DNA of 63,111 bases, the filler included. It is 4 parts of 4 records of this genome, joined end to end, with 100 filler letters (N's around TTAATTAATTAA, not from the genome) between each part and the next. Parts side by side here need not be neighbours in the genome. Positions count along the whole stretch, not along the records: positions 37,150 to 50,488 come from DRR723986_7137; positions 50,589 to 63,111 come from DRR723986_7141; 2 more parts are not named here. One strand, given 5' to 3'. Below, piece after piece: positions 43,364 to 53,043 of the stretch. Within the stretch, counting starts at the first letter, position 1; the number at the start of each line of letters is the position of its first letter. The notes beneath the pieces are model-generated. The model saw only the letters and a program-made list of their open reading frames with translations. It was not told the origin of the DNA and made no database searches. A program made the position numbers and the translations under genes.

Positions 43364-45771
43364 CCGACGCTCAGGTTTTAATCATTGGTGGCGGTGCTAT
43401 GGGCGTGTCGCTCATGTATCATCTGACCAAAGCCGGATGGCGTGACGTCGTGTTGGTCGAAAAGAACGATCTCACTCATGGGTCCACCTGGCACGCTGCC
43501 GGACTTTGTACACATTTCGCCCATAATCCTACAATTCAGGAACTGCGCGCTCGGTCTGTTCGTTTGTACCGGGATATCCTGCCAGAGGAGACCGGACAGA
43601 GTTGTGGCTTTCATTCCTCGGGCGCAATGCGTGTGACATCCAACCCGGATCGCATGGATGAGTTTCGCCATGTTGCCGGGTTATCAGACTTTACCGGTTA
43701 CCCGTTAGAGGTGCTGACCCCCGAACGTATCGCCGAGCTGCACCCCCTTACTGAATTGGATGGGTTGATCGGCGGGATCTATGAACCCGATGACGGCCAT
43801 GTGGACCCAACGCTTGCGACCAATGCGATGGCACAGGTGGCGACGCGCAATGGGGCAAAGATCAGTCGCTATAACCCTGTCCGTTCCATCCACCGCGAAG
43901 ATGGCAAATGGATAGTGGAGACGGACAAGGACACCTTTCGGGCCACTCACATTGTCAACGCCGCGGGTACATGGGGTTGGGAAATTGGGCATATGATGGG
44001 ATTGAATATCCCCTCTGTCCCCGTGCTGCACCAGTATCTGGTGACCGACACCATCCCCGAGGTTAATGATCGTATCAATGCGGGCCAGCCCGAACTGCCC
44101 ATGATCCGCGACCCCGAAGAAAGCTGGTACGTGCGCCAAGAGCGGGACGGGTTGATCCTAGGCCCATACGAGAAAGACGCACAGGTCTGGTCGATAGATG
44201 GGGTTCCCCCAGAGTTCGGGGCCGATCTGATGCCGCCGGATCTGGATCGGGTTGAACATATTATCGAAGCCGCAATGAACCGGGTGCCTGCCCTGATGAA
44301 TGGCGGCGTTAAAACCGTGGTCAACGGACCGATCACCTTTACCCCTGATGCAAACCCCCTGATTGGCCCGGCGCATGGCTTGGACAACGCATGGCTTATC
44401 ACGGGGTCCTCTATGGGTGTGATGGAGGGCGGTGGTTCTGGCTGGTTCTTGGCCCATTGGATGACACATGGTGCCCCCCCTATGGATGCCCTTGCCGTTG
44501 ATAGCCGACGTTTTGGCACATGGGCGGACCGGGATTATCGCGTAGACAAGGCGATTGAATGCTTTGGCCTACAGTTCGGTGTGCATTACCCCGGCGAAGA
44601 GCGCCCCGCAGGACGTAACAAGCGCCTGTCCCCCCTACACCAACTGATGCTGGATCGCGGGGCCGTCATGGGGGCTGCCTATGGGTGGGAACGTCCCAAT
44701 TGGTTCTCAGACACCCCCGGTGATATCGCCCACGAAAGCTTTCGCCGCCCGAACTGGTTCCCCCATGTCGCGCATGAAGTCGAGACGGTCACAACCAAGG
44801 CCGCGATTGCGGATCTTTCGGTATTCTCAAAGTTTGACGTGATTGGCCCGGACGCCCGGCGCTTTGTCGATACACTTGGGGCCAATCGCGCCCCTGCAAA
44901 TGGGCGTATCGGGCTGACCCATGTTTTGACCCCAGCCGGGGGTGTTCTGTCTGAGTTCACTGTCACCATGCTGGGCGATACACACGCTTACCTGACATCC
45001 GCAGCCGCAGCAGAGCAGATCGATCTGGATCAATTGCTGGCCCATGCGGACGGTTTGGATGTTTCCGTCATCAACCGATGCGAAGAGATGGCGGTCATTG
45101 GCCTGATGGGTCCCTTGTCCCGAGACATACTGCGTCCCCACACAGATGCGGATCTGGACAGCAGGTTTCCTTGGCTCACCGCGCAAACATTGGACGTTGC
45201 AGGCCACCCCGTCCGGGCGCTGCGCGTTTCGTATCTGGGTGAATTGGGGTGGGAACTGCATATGGATCGCGCCTGTGCGGAAAATGTGTTCCTTACCCTA
45301 GAGGCCACAGGCAAGCCGTTGGGCATGGGGTACTACGGGTCCTACGCCGCCAACGCGATGCGATTGGAAAAAGGGTATCGCGGTTGGGGCAGTGATCTGA
45401 CCACCGAACGTAGCCTGCACGAAGCCGGGTTGGGGCTGTTTGCCCGCGCTAAGGACCGTAGCTTTGTGGGCCGTGACGCCATGCTGGAACGCAAAGACAG
45501 TGAGGAGCGGTGGGACATGGTTCTGCTGGAAATCCACGACAGCGAGTTTGACCCATTCTATGCCCACTCTGTTCTGCAGGGGGACCAAGTCGTCGGGATT
45601 GTGACATCTGGCGCCTATGGCCATCGCACCGACAAAACACTGGCGCTCGCCTACTTACGCGACCGCCACGCCACCGAGGGGCTGACTGTTTCTATATTGG
45701 GGCGCAAATGCCCCGCTACGATTCTGACCAATGCCCCATTTGATCCCGACAACACGCGCCTGAAATCCTAA
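43360..45771 (+). CDS. GcvT-family FAD/folate-dependent N-demethylase (dimethylglycine dehydrogenase-like) 2
   Basis: IIGGGAMG, GSTWHAAG, VNGPITFTPD, SYLGELGWE and MRLEKGYR motifs. ATGA overlap. Confidence 0.92.
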   Translation: MTDAQVLIIGGGAMGVSLMYHLTKAGWRDVVLVEKNDLTHGSTWHAAGLCTHFAHNPTIQELRARSVRLYRDILPEETGQSCGFHSSGAMRVTSNPDRMDEFRHVAGLSDFTGYPLEVLTPERIAELHPLTELDGLIGGIYEPDDGHVDPTLATNAMAQVATRNGAKISRYNPVRSIHREDGKWIVETDKDTFRATHIVNAAGTWGWEIGHMMGLNIPSVPVLHQYLVTDTIPEVNDRINAGQPELPMIRDPEESWYVRQERDGLILGPYEKDAQVWSIDGVPPEFGADLMPPDLDRVEHIIEAAMNRVPALMNGGVKTVVNGPITFTPDANPLIGPAHGLDNAWLITGSSMGVMEGGGSGWFLAHWMTHGAPPMDALAVDSRRFGTWADRDYRVDKAIECFGLQFGVHYPGEERPAGRNKRLSPLHQLMLDRGAVMGAAYGWERPNWFSDTPGDIAHESFRRPNWFPHVAHEVETVTTKAAIADLSVFSKFDVIGPDARRFVDTLGANRAPANGRIGLTHVLTPAGGVLSEFTVTMLGDTHAYLTSAAAAEQIDLDQLLAHADGLDVSVINRCEEMAVIGLMGPLSRDILRPHTDADLDSRFPWLTAQTLDVAGHPVRALRVSYLGELGWELHMDRACAENVFLTLEATGKPLGMGYYGSYAANAMRLEKGYRGWGSDLTTERSLHEAGLGLFARAKDRSFVGRDAMLERKDSEERWDMVLLEIHDSEFDPFYAHSVLQGDQVVGIVTSGAYGHRTDKTLALAYLRDRHATEGLTVSILGRKCPATILTNAPFDPDNTRLKS

Positions 45772-45784
45772 AGAGGAGGCTTTT

Positions 45785-47098
45785 ATGACCCACGCACCAC
45801 TCCACACCGATTGGTCCACCGAGGCCACAGCCGCCCGGCGCGACAATTTCTATGCCGCCAGCCAGCGCAAGTTTGTACCTTTCAAAGATCCTTTGGTGTT
45901 TCAAAAGGGATCGATGCAATACCTCTGGGACGCAGAAGGTAACAAATACACCGACCTGTTGGGAATGAACGTCTGCATCTCTGTCGGTCATTCCCACCCA
46001 ACTGTAGTTGCCGCAGCCATGGCACAGGCCCAAGAGCTGACCCATTGCACCACCATGTTCTACCACCCTACCCCCGCGCATCTTGCCGAGGATCTGGCGG
46101 CCACTATGCCCAAAGGCCATGAATGGGTTGTGCATTTCACCAACTCAGGGTCCGAGGCCGTTGATCTGGCGATGACAATGGCCCGGACCTATACCGGCAA
46201 CCTTGATCTGTTAGCCTTGCGCACCGCCTATCATGGACCAACGGCAGCGGCGCAATCGATCACCGGTATTTCCGGGTGGCGCCATCCGGGTATGCCGGGC
46301 AACGTCGCCTTTGTCGCCGAGCCCAACCAATATCGCGGTATCTTTGGGGAAAACGCCGGGGCCGCGCCCTATCTGGATGAGATCGAACGCACCATTGCAA
46401 CAGCAACCAACGGACAATTGGCCGGGATGTTTGTGGAAAGTGTCCAAGGCTATGGCGGGATCATCGAAATGCCTGCTGGCTACATGTCAGGCGCGGCTGA
46501 ACGGGTGCGCGCAGCAGGTGGGTTGTATATCGCGGACGAGGTGCAATCCGGCTTTGGCCGCACCGGTGATCACATGTGGGGGTTTGAAGCCGATGGCGTG
46601 GTGCCCGACATCATCGTCATGGCCAAGGGTTTGGGCAACGGGTTTCCCATCGGTGCTGTGGTCGCAAAGAAAGAAATCGCCGCCCCCATGGCCGAAAAGT
46701 TCATGTTCCACACCTATGGGGCCAATCCGACCTCTTGCGCGGCGGGACGTGCGGTGTTGCAGGTCATCCGCGAGGATAACGTACAAAACAACGCCAAAGT
46801 TGTCGGGGCCGCCCTGCTGGAGCGGCTCAAAGACCTGCAATCACGCCATGCCGCCATCGGGGATGTGCGCGGGCGCGGTCTGATGCTAGCGATTGAGATG
46901 GTCAAGGATCGCAAAACCAAAGAGCCGGACCGGGAGACGACATCCGCCGTGTTTGAGCATTGCCGTGCCCAGCGGTTGATCCTGTCAAAATCCGGCCCTT
47001 TCCAAAGCTCGCTGCGGATGGTGCCCCCTATGTGCCTGACACTGGAAGATGTCGACCGGGTTGCCGAGGGTTTGGATCAGGCGTTCTCTTCGCTTTGA
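45785..47098 (+). CDS. Class-III PLP aminotransferase (AGXT2/beta-alanine aminotransferase-like)
   Basis: SVGHSHP, FTNSGSEA, IADEVQSGFGRTG and MAKGLGNGFPIGA motifs. Confidence 0.9.
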   Translation: MTHAPLHTDWSTEATAARRDNFYAASQRKFVPFKDPLVFQKGSMQYLWDAEGNKYTDLLGMNVCISVGHSHPTVVAAAMAQAQELTHCTTMFYHPTPAHLAEDLAATMPKGHEWVVHFTNSGSEAVDLAMTMARTYTGNLDLLALRTAYHGPTAAAQSITGISGWRHPGMPGNVAFVAEPNQYRGIFGENAGAAPYLDEIERTIATATNGQLAGMFVESVQGYGGIIEMPAGYMSGAAERVRAAGGLYIADEVQSGFGRTGDHMWGFEADGVVPDIIVMAKGLGNGFPIGAVVAKKEIAAPMAEKFMFHTYGANPTSCAAGRAVLQVIREDNVQNNAKVVGAALLERLKDLQSRHAAIGDVRGRGLMLAIEMVKDRKTKEPDRETTSAVFEHCRAQRLILSKSGPFQSSLRMVPPMCLTLEDVDRVAEGLDQAFSSL

Positions 47099-47122
47099 TT
47101 TACTGAGGCCCTAATAACCCCC

Positions 47123-47151
47123 GCGCTCACCTAGAATTGGGTGGGCGCTTT
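47123..47151 (+). terminator. Probable terminator closing the demethylase operon
   Basis: GCGCTCACCTA-gaat-TGGGTGGGCGC (with G-U pairs) followed by TTT. Confidence 0.55.
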
Positions 47152-47345
47152 GGCAAACTCACTCGGGCGGTACGAAAGTACGAATAACCACGCCCCCTCT
47201 GTAGATTTATGTGATCCGCCAAGTGGGCCAAGTGAGATTGCGCTAAAGCCGAATGGAACAGGTGAAACCATTTGCGCTCCTAAGCAAGACACGTCTGGAT
47301 TGAAAAAAGGTGTGACAGGCGCAAAAAGACCTGTAGACATATATT

Positions 47346-47984
47346 ATGAATTTGGTTGAAAACTTCGTCACGCTTTGGGTTGTCATCGACCCGATTGGTA
47401 CAATTCCCGTTTTCATAGCGGTCACTGCGGGCATGACGGCGAGTGCCAGACGGTCTGCCGCACTTATGGCAACGCTCGTCAGTATGAGCGTTCTGCTATT
47501 CTTTCTTGTGCTTGGGCAACTGCTTATTGATGCATTGGGCATCAGCCTGCTTTCGTTTCAAGTCGCCGGCGGGATCATTCTATTTCTATTCGCTCTGACT
47601 ATGATCTTTGGCGAACCGAAACAGGAAACAGACAAAAAAATGCTGGATGAGGATGAGAGCAGTCCTGCTCCGGAAAAGCCGTCACCAGCTATTTTTCCTT
47701 TGGCGGTTCCGTCTCTTGCCTCTCCGGGTGCCATGCTGGCCATTGTGCTTTTGACGGACAACAATCGCTTTTCAATCGCTGATCAGGCGGTTACGGCCGC
47801 TGTTATGTTCAGCGTTTTAGCCGTTGCTTATGTGTTCATGTTACTTGCCGATCCGATCATCCGGATCATTGGCGATTCAGGGGCCGCAATTGTCAGCCGA
47901 GTGATGGGGATGATACTTGCCTCGGTGGCGGCCGATGCGGTCCTGTCTTCGCTCGTCGAAATACTAAACACTGGAACCTTATAG
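47346..47984 (+). CDS. MarC family membrane protein
   Basis: IDPIGTIPVF, FQVAGGIILF, FPLAVPSLASPG and SRVMGMILA motifs. Confidence 0.92.
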   Translation: MNLVENFVTLWVVIDPIGTIPVFIAVTAGMTASARRSAALMATLVSMSVLLFFLVLGQLLIDALGISLLSFQVAGGIILFLFALTMIFGEPKQETDKKMLDEDESSPAPEKPSPAIFPLAVPSLASPGAMLAIVLLTDNNRFSIADQAVTAAVMFSVLAVAYVFMLLADPIIRIIGDSGAAIVSRVMGMILASVAADAVLSSLVEILNTGTL

Positions 47985-48028
47985 CGCCAAGTTTAGGTGT
48001 GGGGCGGAACAAGACTATGCCCCTTGCC

Positions 48029-48901
48029 CTAGCTCTGATTGCGGAACAATCGTGTAGAGGAGAACATCGCCTCCAACTCCTCGATCCGTTCTTTGCTTTC
48101 TTCCCAACGCGCGCCTTGTACTTCGGCGATCAGGGCTTCGATGATCAACTGCAAAGCCATTGTGCTGTCCCATGAGGACGGGGCCTCGACCAACCCGTTA
48201 AAGGTATAATCCGCACACCGCGCAATCGGCGATCCCCATTGATCCGTAAGCAAGACCACCGTCACCCCACGCTCGCTGGCGATCTGGGCCAGTTTTTCCA
48301 GATGTGCCTCGTATCGGCGGATGTCGAATATCACCAGAACCGAGGATTCATCCATATCCAGCAAATATTGCGGCCAGACGTTTGCGGAATTGCCCAGCAT
48401 TGTCACGTTGGGCCGAATGATCTGCATATGATTGAACAGGTAATCCGCGTTTGACCGGGTAATCCGCCCCCCGACCACGTACAAAGGCCGTGCCTTATCG
48501 GCCAACAACTGTGCCACGGCATCAAACATCCCGGTATCAACGCGTTCCAGCGTGTGCCGCATGTTTGTCCACACCACTTGCGCAAATCGCATCAATGGGT
48601 GTTCAGCGCTATCATCAACCATCCATGCATCGCGTTTCGAGATCGGCTTTTTGATTTGCGCTGCCACCTCTTCGCGCAGGGCGTCCTGTAGATCCGGAAA
48701 TCCGTCAAATCCGAGCTTACGCGCCATTCGGATGACCGTGGGGGTTGAGACCGTCGCAGCCGCAGCCAGCTTGGTGATGGATTGCAAACCGCCCATTGGG
48801 TAGTCCTGCAACAAAACCGAGGCCAGCTGACGCTCTGACGGGGTCAGGCCCTCGGTGTTGTCTTGTATCAATTGCTTCACGAGCTTGGTTGTCGGGGTCA
48901 C
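48029..48901 (-). CDS. MurR/RpiR-family transcriptional regulator
   Basis: LTPSERQLA...SITKLA...VSTPTVIRMARKLGFDGFPDLQ HTH, followed by a SIS domain. Confidence 0.92.
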   Translation of the reverse strand: MTPTTKLVKQLIQDNTEGLTPSERQLASVLLQDYPMGGLQSITKLAAAATVSTPTVIRMARKLGFDGFPDLQDALREEVAAQIKKPISKRDAWMVDDSAEHPLMRFAQVVWTNMRHTLERVDTGMFDAVAQLLADKARPLYVVGGRITRSNADYLFNHMQIIRPNVTMLGNSANVWPQYLLDMDESSVLVIFDIRRYEAHLEKLAQIASERGVTVVLLTDQWGSPIARCADYTFNGLVEAPSSWDSTMALQLIIEALIAEVQGARWEESKERIEELEAMFSSTRLFRNQS

Positions 48902-48915
48902 GGCACGCCCTTTTC

Positions 48916-49004
48916 TTTAGCATTTGTTACAGCGTAGTCAGGTTTGTAGCTATGTCTACAGAAATTTTCTTGACAGCGCCGTGCATTCTGTAACCAATGC
49001 TACA
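48916..49004. promoter_or_regulatory. Three TGTA-N8-TACA boxes plus a TTGACA -35 (candidate RpiR operators)
   Basis: TTTAGCATTTGTTACA (48916-31), TGTAGCTATGTCTACA (48945-60), TGTAACCAATGCTACA (48989-49004). TTGACA at 48970-75. Confidence 0.65.
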
Positions 49005-49005
49005 C

Positions 49006-49791
49006 ATGTCTGCTACTACCGAGTCACCATTGCTACATTCTTTAGAACTGCCCGCAGCGCGTGCATTGAACACCCGTGGCCAAGCGCCCGCCCTTTTGGT
49101 CTGTGAACATGCCAGCCGGTTTATTCCTGCTGCGTTGAACGGGCTTGGTCTGACGGCCGAGGCAGCCAACTCGCACGCCGCGTGGGATATTGGGGCGTTG
49201 GATCTGTCGGTTGAGCTGATGGGCGCGCTGGATGCACCTTTGGTTCAATCCCGCGTCAGCCGACTGGTCTATGACTGCAATCGCCCGCCAGAAGCCCCTG
49301 ATGCAATCCCATCGCAAAGCGAACGCTTTGTCATACCGGGAAACGCCAACCTGTCTGCCGATCAGCGCGCCGCACGGGTGAGCGATGTATATTTTCCGTT
49401 CCACGACATGCTCAAACAGACGCTAGATGCCCTTCCAGTGCCCCCGGTATTGATCACGATGCACAGCTTTACCCCGGTTTACAAAGGTCAAACCCGTGCG
49501 GTTGAGCTGGGGATTCTGCACGACAGCGATGACCGCGCCGCGCAGGCCCTGTTGGCCGCCGCGCAGGGCAGCGGGCTCAACACCGCGCTAAACGAACCAT
49601 ATTCTGTCACCGACGGTGTCACACATACGTTACGTGAACATGGTCTCAATCGGGGATTGCCGAACGTCATGATCGAGGTCCGCAATGATCTGATCGACAC
49701 GCCCACCGGTGTAAACCGCATGGCGGGGCTTTTGGCCCCAATGTTGGCACAGGTAATTGAACAGCTGGCCCCAAGAGAGGCACATCCATGA
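49006..49791 (+). CDS. N-formylglutamate amidohydrolase family protein
   Basis: CEHAS, HAAWDIGA, SRLVYDCNR, HSFTP, NEPY and IEVRNDLI motifs. Alternative start at 48997. Confidence 0.9.
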   Translation: MSATTESPLLHSLELPAARALNTRGQAPALLVCEHASRFIPAALNGLGLTAEAANSHAAWDIGALDLSVELMGALDAPLVQSRVSRLVYDCNRPPEAPDAIPSQSERFVIPGNANLSADQRAARVSDVYFPFHDMLKQTLDALPVPPVLITMHSFTPVYKGQTRAVELGILHDSDDRAAQALLAAAQGSGLNTALNEPYSVTDGVTHTLREHGLNRGLPNVMIEVRNDLIDTPTGVNRMAGLLAPMLAQVIEQLAPREAHP

Positions 49792-50306
49792 TATTTGCGC
49801 GTAAATACATCATCTTCATCGATGGGATGAACCGCGTGATCGGGCGCACTGTCATGTACGGCATCTTTGTGATGATGGGCATTCTGCTGTGGTCGTCGAT
49901 CTCAAAAACCTTTTTCTTGCCGTCGCTCTGGACGTTGGAAATGGCGCAGTTCGCCATGGTCGCTTATTACATCCTTGGCGGACCTTACTCGATCCAAATG
50001 GGATCAAATGTCCGTATGGACCTGCTGTATGGCGAATGGTCGCTGAAACGGCAGGCCTGGACTGACGCGATCACCGTGTTTTTCCTGATCACCTATCTGT
50101 GTGTGCTGCTTTATGGTGGCTACGACAGTCTTAGCTATTCGCTGCAATATGGTGAGCGCAGCCCGACCGCTTGGCGTCCCTACTTATGGCCAATCAAATC
50201 TATCATGTGTCTGGGCATCTTTCTGATGCTGCTTCAGGCGATATCCGAATTTCTCAAAGACATCCTGCGACTACGCGGTGAAGACATCGCGAAGGAGACC
50301 ATCTGA
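49788..50306 (+). CDS. TRAP transporter small permease (DctQ)
   Basis: Four TM helices, W.LEMAQF and VRMDLLY motifs. Followed by the large permease. Confidence 0.9.
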   Translation: MIFARKYIIFIDGMNRVIGRTVMYGIFVMMGILLWSSISKTFFLPSLWTLEMAQFAMVAYYILGGPYSIQMGSNVRMDLLYGEWSLKRQAWTDAITVFFLITYLCVLLYGGYDSLSYSLQYGERSPTAWRPYLWPIKSIMCLGIFLMLLQAISEFLKDILRLRGEDIAKETI

Positions 50307-50488
50307 TGTCCTACGAATTGATCGCCATCCTCATGTTTTCAACCATGATGCTGATGCTGTTGACCGGTCAGCGTGTGTTCGGCGCGATTGGCTTTGTCGC
50401 CGTCATGGCATCGCTGCTGTTGTGGGGCGACCGGGGCGGCTATGACCTTGGGTTCTCTGCCGCGATGAAGCTGATGAAGTGGTATCCG
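50306..50488 (+). CDS. TRAP transporter large permease (DctM), 5' fragment
   Basis: MSYELIAILMF...LLTGQRVFGAIG. Truncated by the contig end. Confidence 0.8.
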
Positions 50489-50588
50489 NNNNNNNNNNNN
50501 NNNNNNNNNNNNNNNNNNNNNNNNNNNNNNNNTTAATTAATTAANNNNNNNNNNNNNNNNNNNNNNNNNNNNNNNNNNNNNNNNNNNN
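50489..50588. other. Artificial contig linker
   Basis: N44-TTAATTAATTAA-N44. Confidence 0.99.
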
Positions 50589-50590
50589 CT

Positions 50591-51229
50591 GCGGGTCAGT
50601 CATTGGGCGCATTTGCGGTGCAAGGGCTGAAGCTTGACGTGGCTGGTGATGCCAATGATTATGTTGGCAAAGGCCTTTCAGGTGGCACCATTGTTGTGCG
50701 GCCGTCTGACCGTGCGACCTTTAACTCGCGCGACAATACCATTATTGGCAACACTGTCTTGTACGGCGCAACGGCAGGTAAGCTGTTTGCCGCTGGGCGT
50801 GCTGGCGAACGCTTTGCTGTCCGAAACTCCGGTGCCAATGTTGTGGTGGAAGGATGCGGCGCCAATGGTTGCGAATATATGACCGGTGGTACGGCTGTTA
50901 TATTAGGCACAGTCGGGGATAATTTCGGTGCTGGCATGACCGGTGGCATGGCCTTTGTTTATGACGAGGGCGATACGATGGCGGATTTTGTTAACACTGA
51001 AACGGTTGTGTTCAACCGGCTGGCCAGTGCGCACTGGGAGGCGGTTTTGAAAGGGTTGATCGAAGAGCATCTTGAACAAACCCATTCCCGCTGGGCGGCA
51101 ACACTGCTCGCTAACTGGGACACAAAACGACAAGATTTCTGGCATATTGCCCCCAAGGAAATGCTGGATCGGCTTGAGTTTCCCATTTCTGATCATGCGC
51201 AGCCAGAAATTGAAGCGCTTACCGCATAA
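50591..51229 (+). CDS. gltB: Glutamate synthase large subunit, C-terminal fragment
   Basis: AGQSLGAF, DANDYVGKGLSGG, AGERFAVRNSGA and CEYMTGG motifs (GXGXG domain). Confidence 0.96.
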   Translation, partial: AGQSLGAFAVQGLKLDVAGDANDYVGKGLSGGTIVVRPSDRATFNSRDNTIIGNTVLYGATAGKLFAAGRAGERFAVRNSGANVVVEGCGANGCEYMTGGTAVILGTVGDNFGAGMTGGMAFVYDEGDTMADFVNTETVVFNRLASAHWEAVLKGLIEEHLEQTHSRWAATLLANWDTKRQDFWHIAPKEMLDRLEFPISDHAQPEIEALTA

Positions 51230-51297
51230 AAAAATTTATAGATGCAGTCGTTTTGGTAATTGGCGACCCCTCTTTCATAGGGTATGACAGAGGGGTT

Positions 51298-51966
51298 ATG
51301 CCCATTTTATATCATCATTGGCTCAGTCCTGCTGCCCGGTTTGTGCGTGTGCTTCTATTGGAGAAGCGCATTGATTTTACCTTGCGGCTGGAAAAAGAGT
51401 GGGAGCGTCGGCCCGCCTTTTTGGCCCTAAATCCGGCAGGCGAAGTACCGGTTTTGGTCATGGATGACGGCCACGCTTATTCCGGCGTAATGGCGATTGC
51501 AGAATATCTGGAAGAAATAGTGCCGGAACCGCCTTTGCTTTTAGGCAGCGCTGACGAGCGCTATGAAGCCCGCAGGCTGGTGGGGTGGTTTCACACCAAA
51601 CTGGGCAGCGAGGTTTCGCGCCATATTGTTTCTGAAAAACTGTTTAAGCGGTTTTTGGGCTTGGGCGAGCCAGACTCGGAGGCGGTTCGCTGTGCCGCCC
51701 ATAATTTGAAAACCCATTTGAAGTATATTTCTTTTCTCGCTGAGCGGCGGCACTATTTGGCTGGGCCGCAGTTTACCATGGCAGATGCAGCGGCGGCGGC
51801 CCACGTGTCGGTGATTGACTACTTCGGTGACATTCATTTTGAAGACTGGCCCCAAGTGAAAGAATGGTACGTGCGGGTTAAATCTCGCCGGTCTATTCGT
51901 GCGCTGTTGGATGACCGTATCACCGGGTTAAGGCCGCCTGCTCATTATCAAGACCCTGACTTCTAA
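51298..51966 (+). CDS. Glutathione S-transferase family protein (FzlA-like)
   Basis: WERR..FLALNPAGEVPVL and WYVRVKSR motifs. Directly upstream of queG, as is usual in Alphaproteobacteria. Confidence 0.85.
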   Translation: MPILYHHWLSPAARFVRVLLLEKRIDFTLRLEKEWERRPAFLALNPAGEVPVLVMDDGHAYSGVMAIAEYLEEIVPEPPLLLGSADERYEARRLVGWFHTKLGSEVSRHIVSEKLFKRFLGLGEPDSEAVRCAAHNLKTHLKYISFLAERRHYLAGPQFTMADAAAAAHVSVIDYFGDIHFEDWPQVKEWYVRVKSRRSIRALLDDRITGLRPPAHYQDPDF

Positions 51967-53030
51967 TGGCACAGGGTGAGCATGAGGCAGACTTGACAAG
52001 CATTCGTGCTCGCTTGCAACAACAAGCTTTTGACTTGGGGTTTGATCAATTTGGTATTACGAGCGCCGCCGTTAGCGAAAATATCGCTCACGGCTTGCGC
52101 GCGTTTGTTGAAAAAAACCACCATGGTTCCATGGCATGGCTCGCAGACAGGCTTCATCACCGGGAGAGTCCGCAAAACCTGTGGCCTGAAGCCAGGTCAG
52201 TGATTATGGTTGCGCTGAATTATGGACCTAGAGATGACCCGCGGCCTTTGCTTAAAGAGCGGTCCAGCGGCAACATTTCTGTTTATGCGCGCGGCAAAGA
52301 TTATCATGATTTGTTGAAGAAACGCTTGAAAGCACTCGCTCGCCAAATGGTGGAGACTTATGGCTGTGAGTTGAAAGTATTCGTCGATACGGCACCTGTG
52401 CCGGAGAAGCCGCTTGCGTCTGCAGCAGGGCTTGGTTGGCAAGGCAAACACACCAATATGGTTTCGCGTGACTATGGCAGTTGGCTTTTTCTGGGTGCCA
52501 TATATACGGACATGGAACTGCCCGTTGACGCGCCGCACGAGGACCAATGTGGTAGTTGCCGTGCGTGCCTGGATGCTTGCCCGACAGACGCCTTCCCCGA
52601 GCCTTACAAAATTGATGCGCGCCGCTGTATCTCTTACCTGACCATTGAGAACAAAGGCCCGATTCCGCCAGAGTTTCGCAAAGCGATGGGTAACCGTATT
52701 TACGGCTGTGATGATTGTCTTGCCGCGTGCCCGTGGAACAAATTTGCCAGCACAGCTAACGAGGCTGCTTTTCATGCCCGGGTTGAACTTGGTGCGCCGC
52801 CCCTTAATGATTTGTTGGCGTTAAATGATGCTGATTTTCGCCAGATATTTTCCGGTAGCCCAATAAAACGCATCGGCCGGGACCGGTTTGTGCGTAATGT
52901 ATTGATTGCTGCGGGCAATTCTGATGACCTAAGCCTGTTGGCCCGTGTGCAGACCCTGAAAAGCGATGTAAATCCTGTTGTGGCTGAGGCCGCCAATTGG
53001 GCATCAACAGAATTGACCAAATTGATATGA
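51966..53030 (+). CDS. queG: tRNA epoxyqueuosine(34) reductase
   Basis: YARGKDYH, VDTAPV.EK, CGSCRACLDACPT and GCDDCLAACPWN motifs. Confidence 0.96.
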   Translation: MAQGEHEADLTSIRARLQQQAFDLGFDQFGITSAAVSENIAHGLRAFVEKNHHGSMAWLADRLHHRESPQNLWPEARSVIMVALNYGPRDDPRPLLKERSSGNISVYARGKDYHDLLKKRLKALARQMVETYGCELKVFVDTAPVPEKPLASAAGLGWQGKHTNMVSRDYGSWLFLGAIYTDMELPVDAPHEDQCGSCRACLDACPTDAFPEPYKIDARRCISYLTIENKGPIPPEFRKAMGNRIYGCDDCLAACPWNKFASTANEAAFHARVELGAPPLNDLLALNDADFRQIFSGSPIKRIGRDRFVRNVLIAAGNSDDLSLLARVQTLKSDVNPVVAEAANWASTELTKLI

Positions 53031-53043
53031 AAATTGGGCAGAT

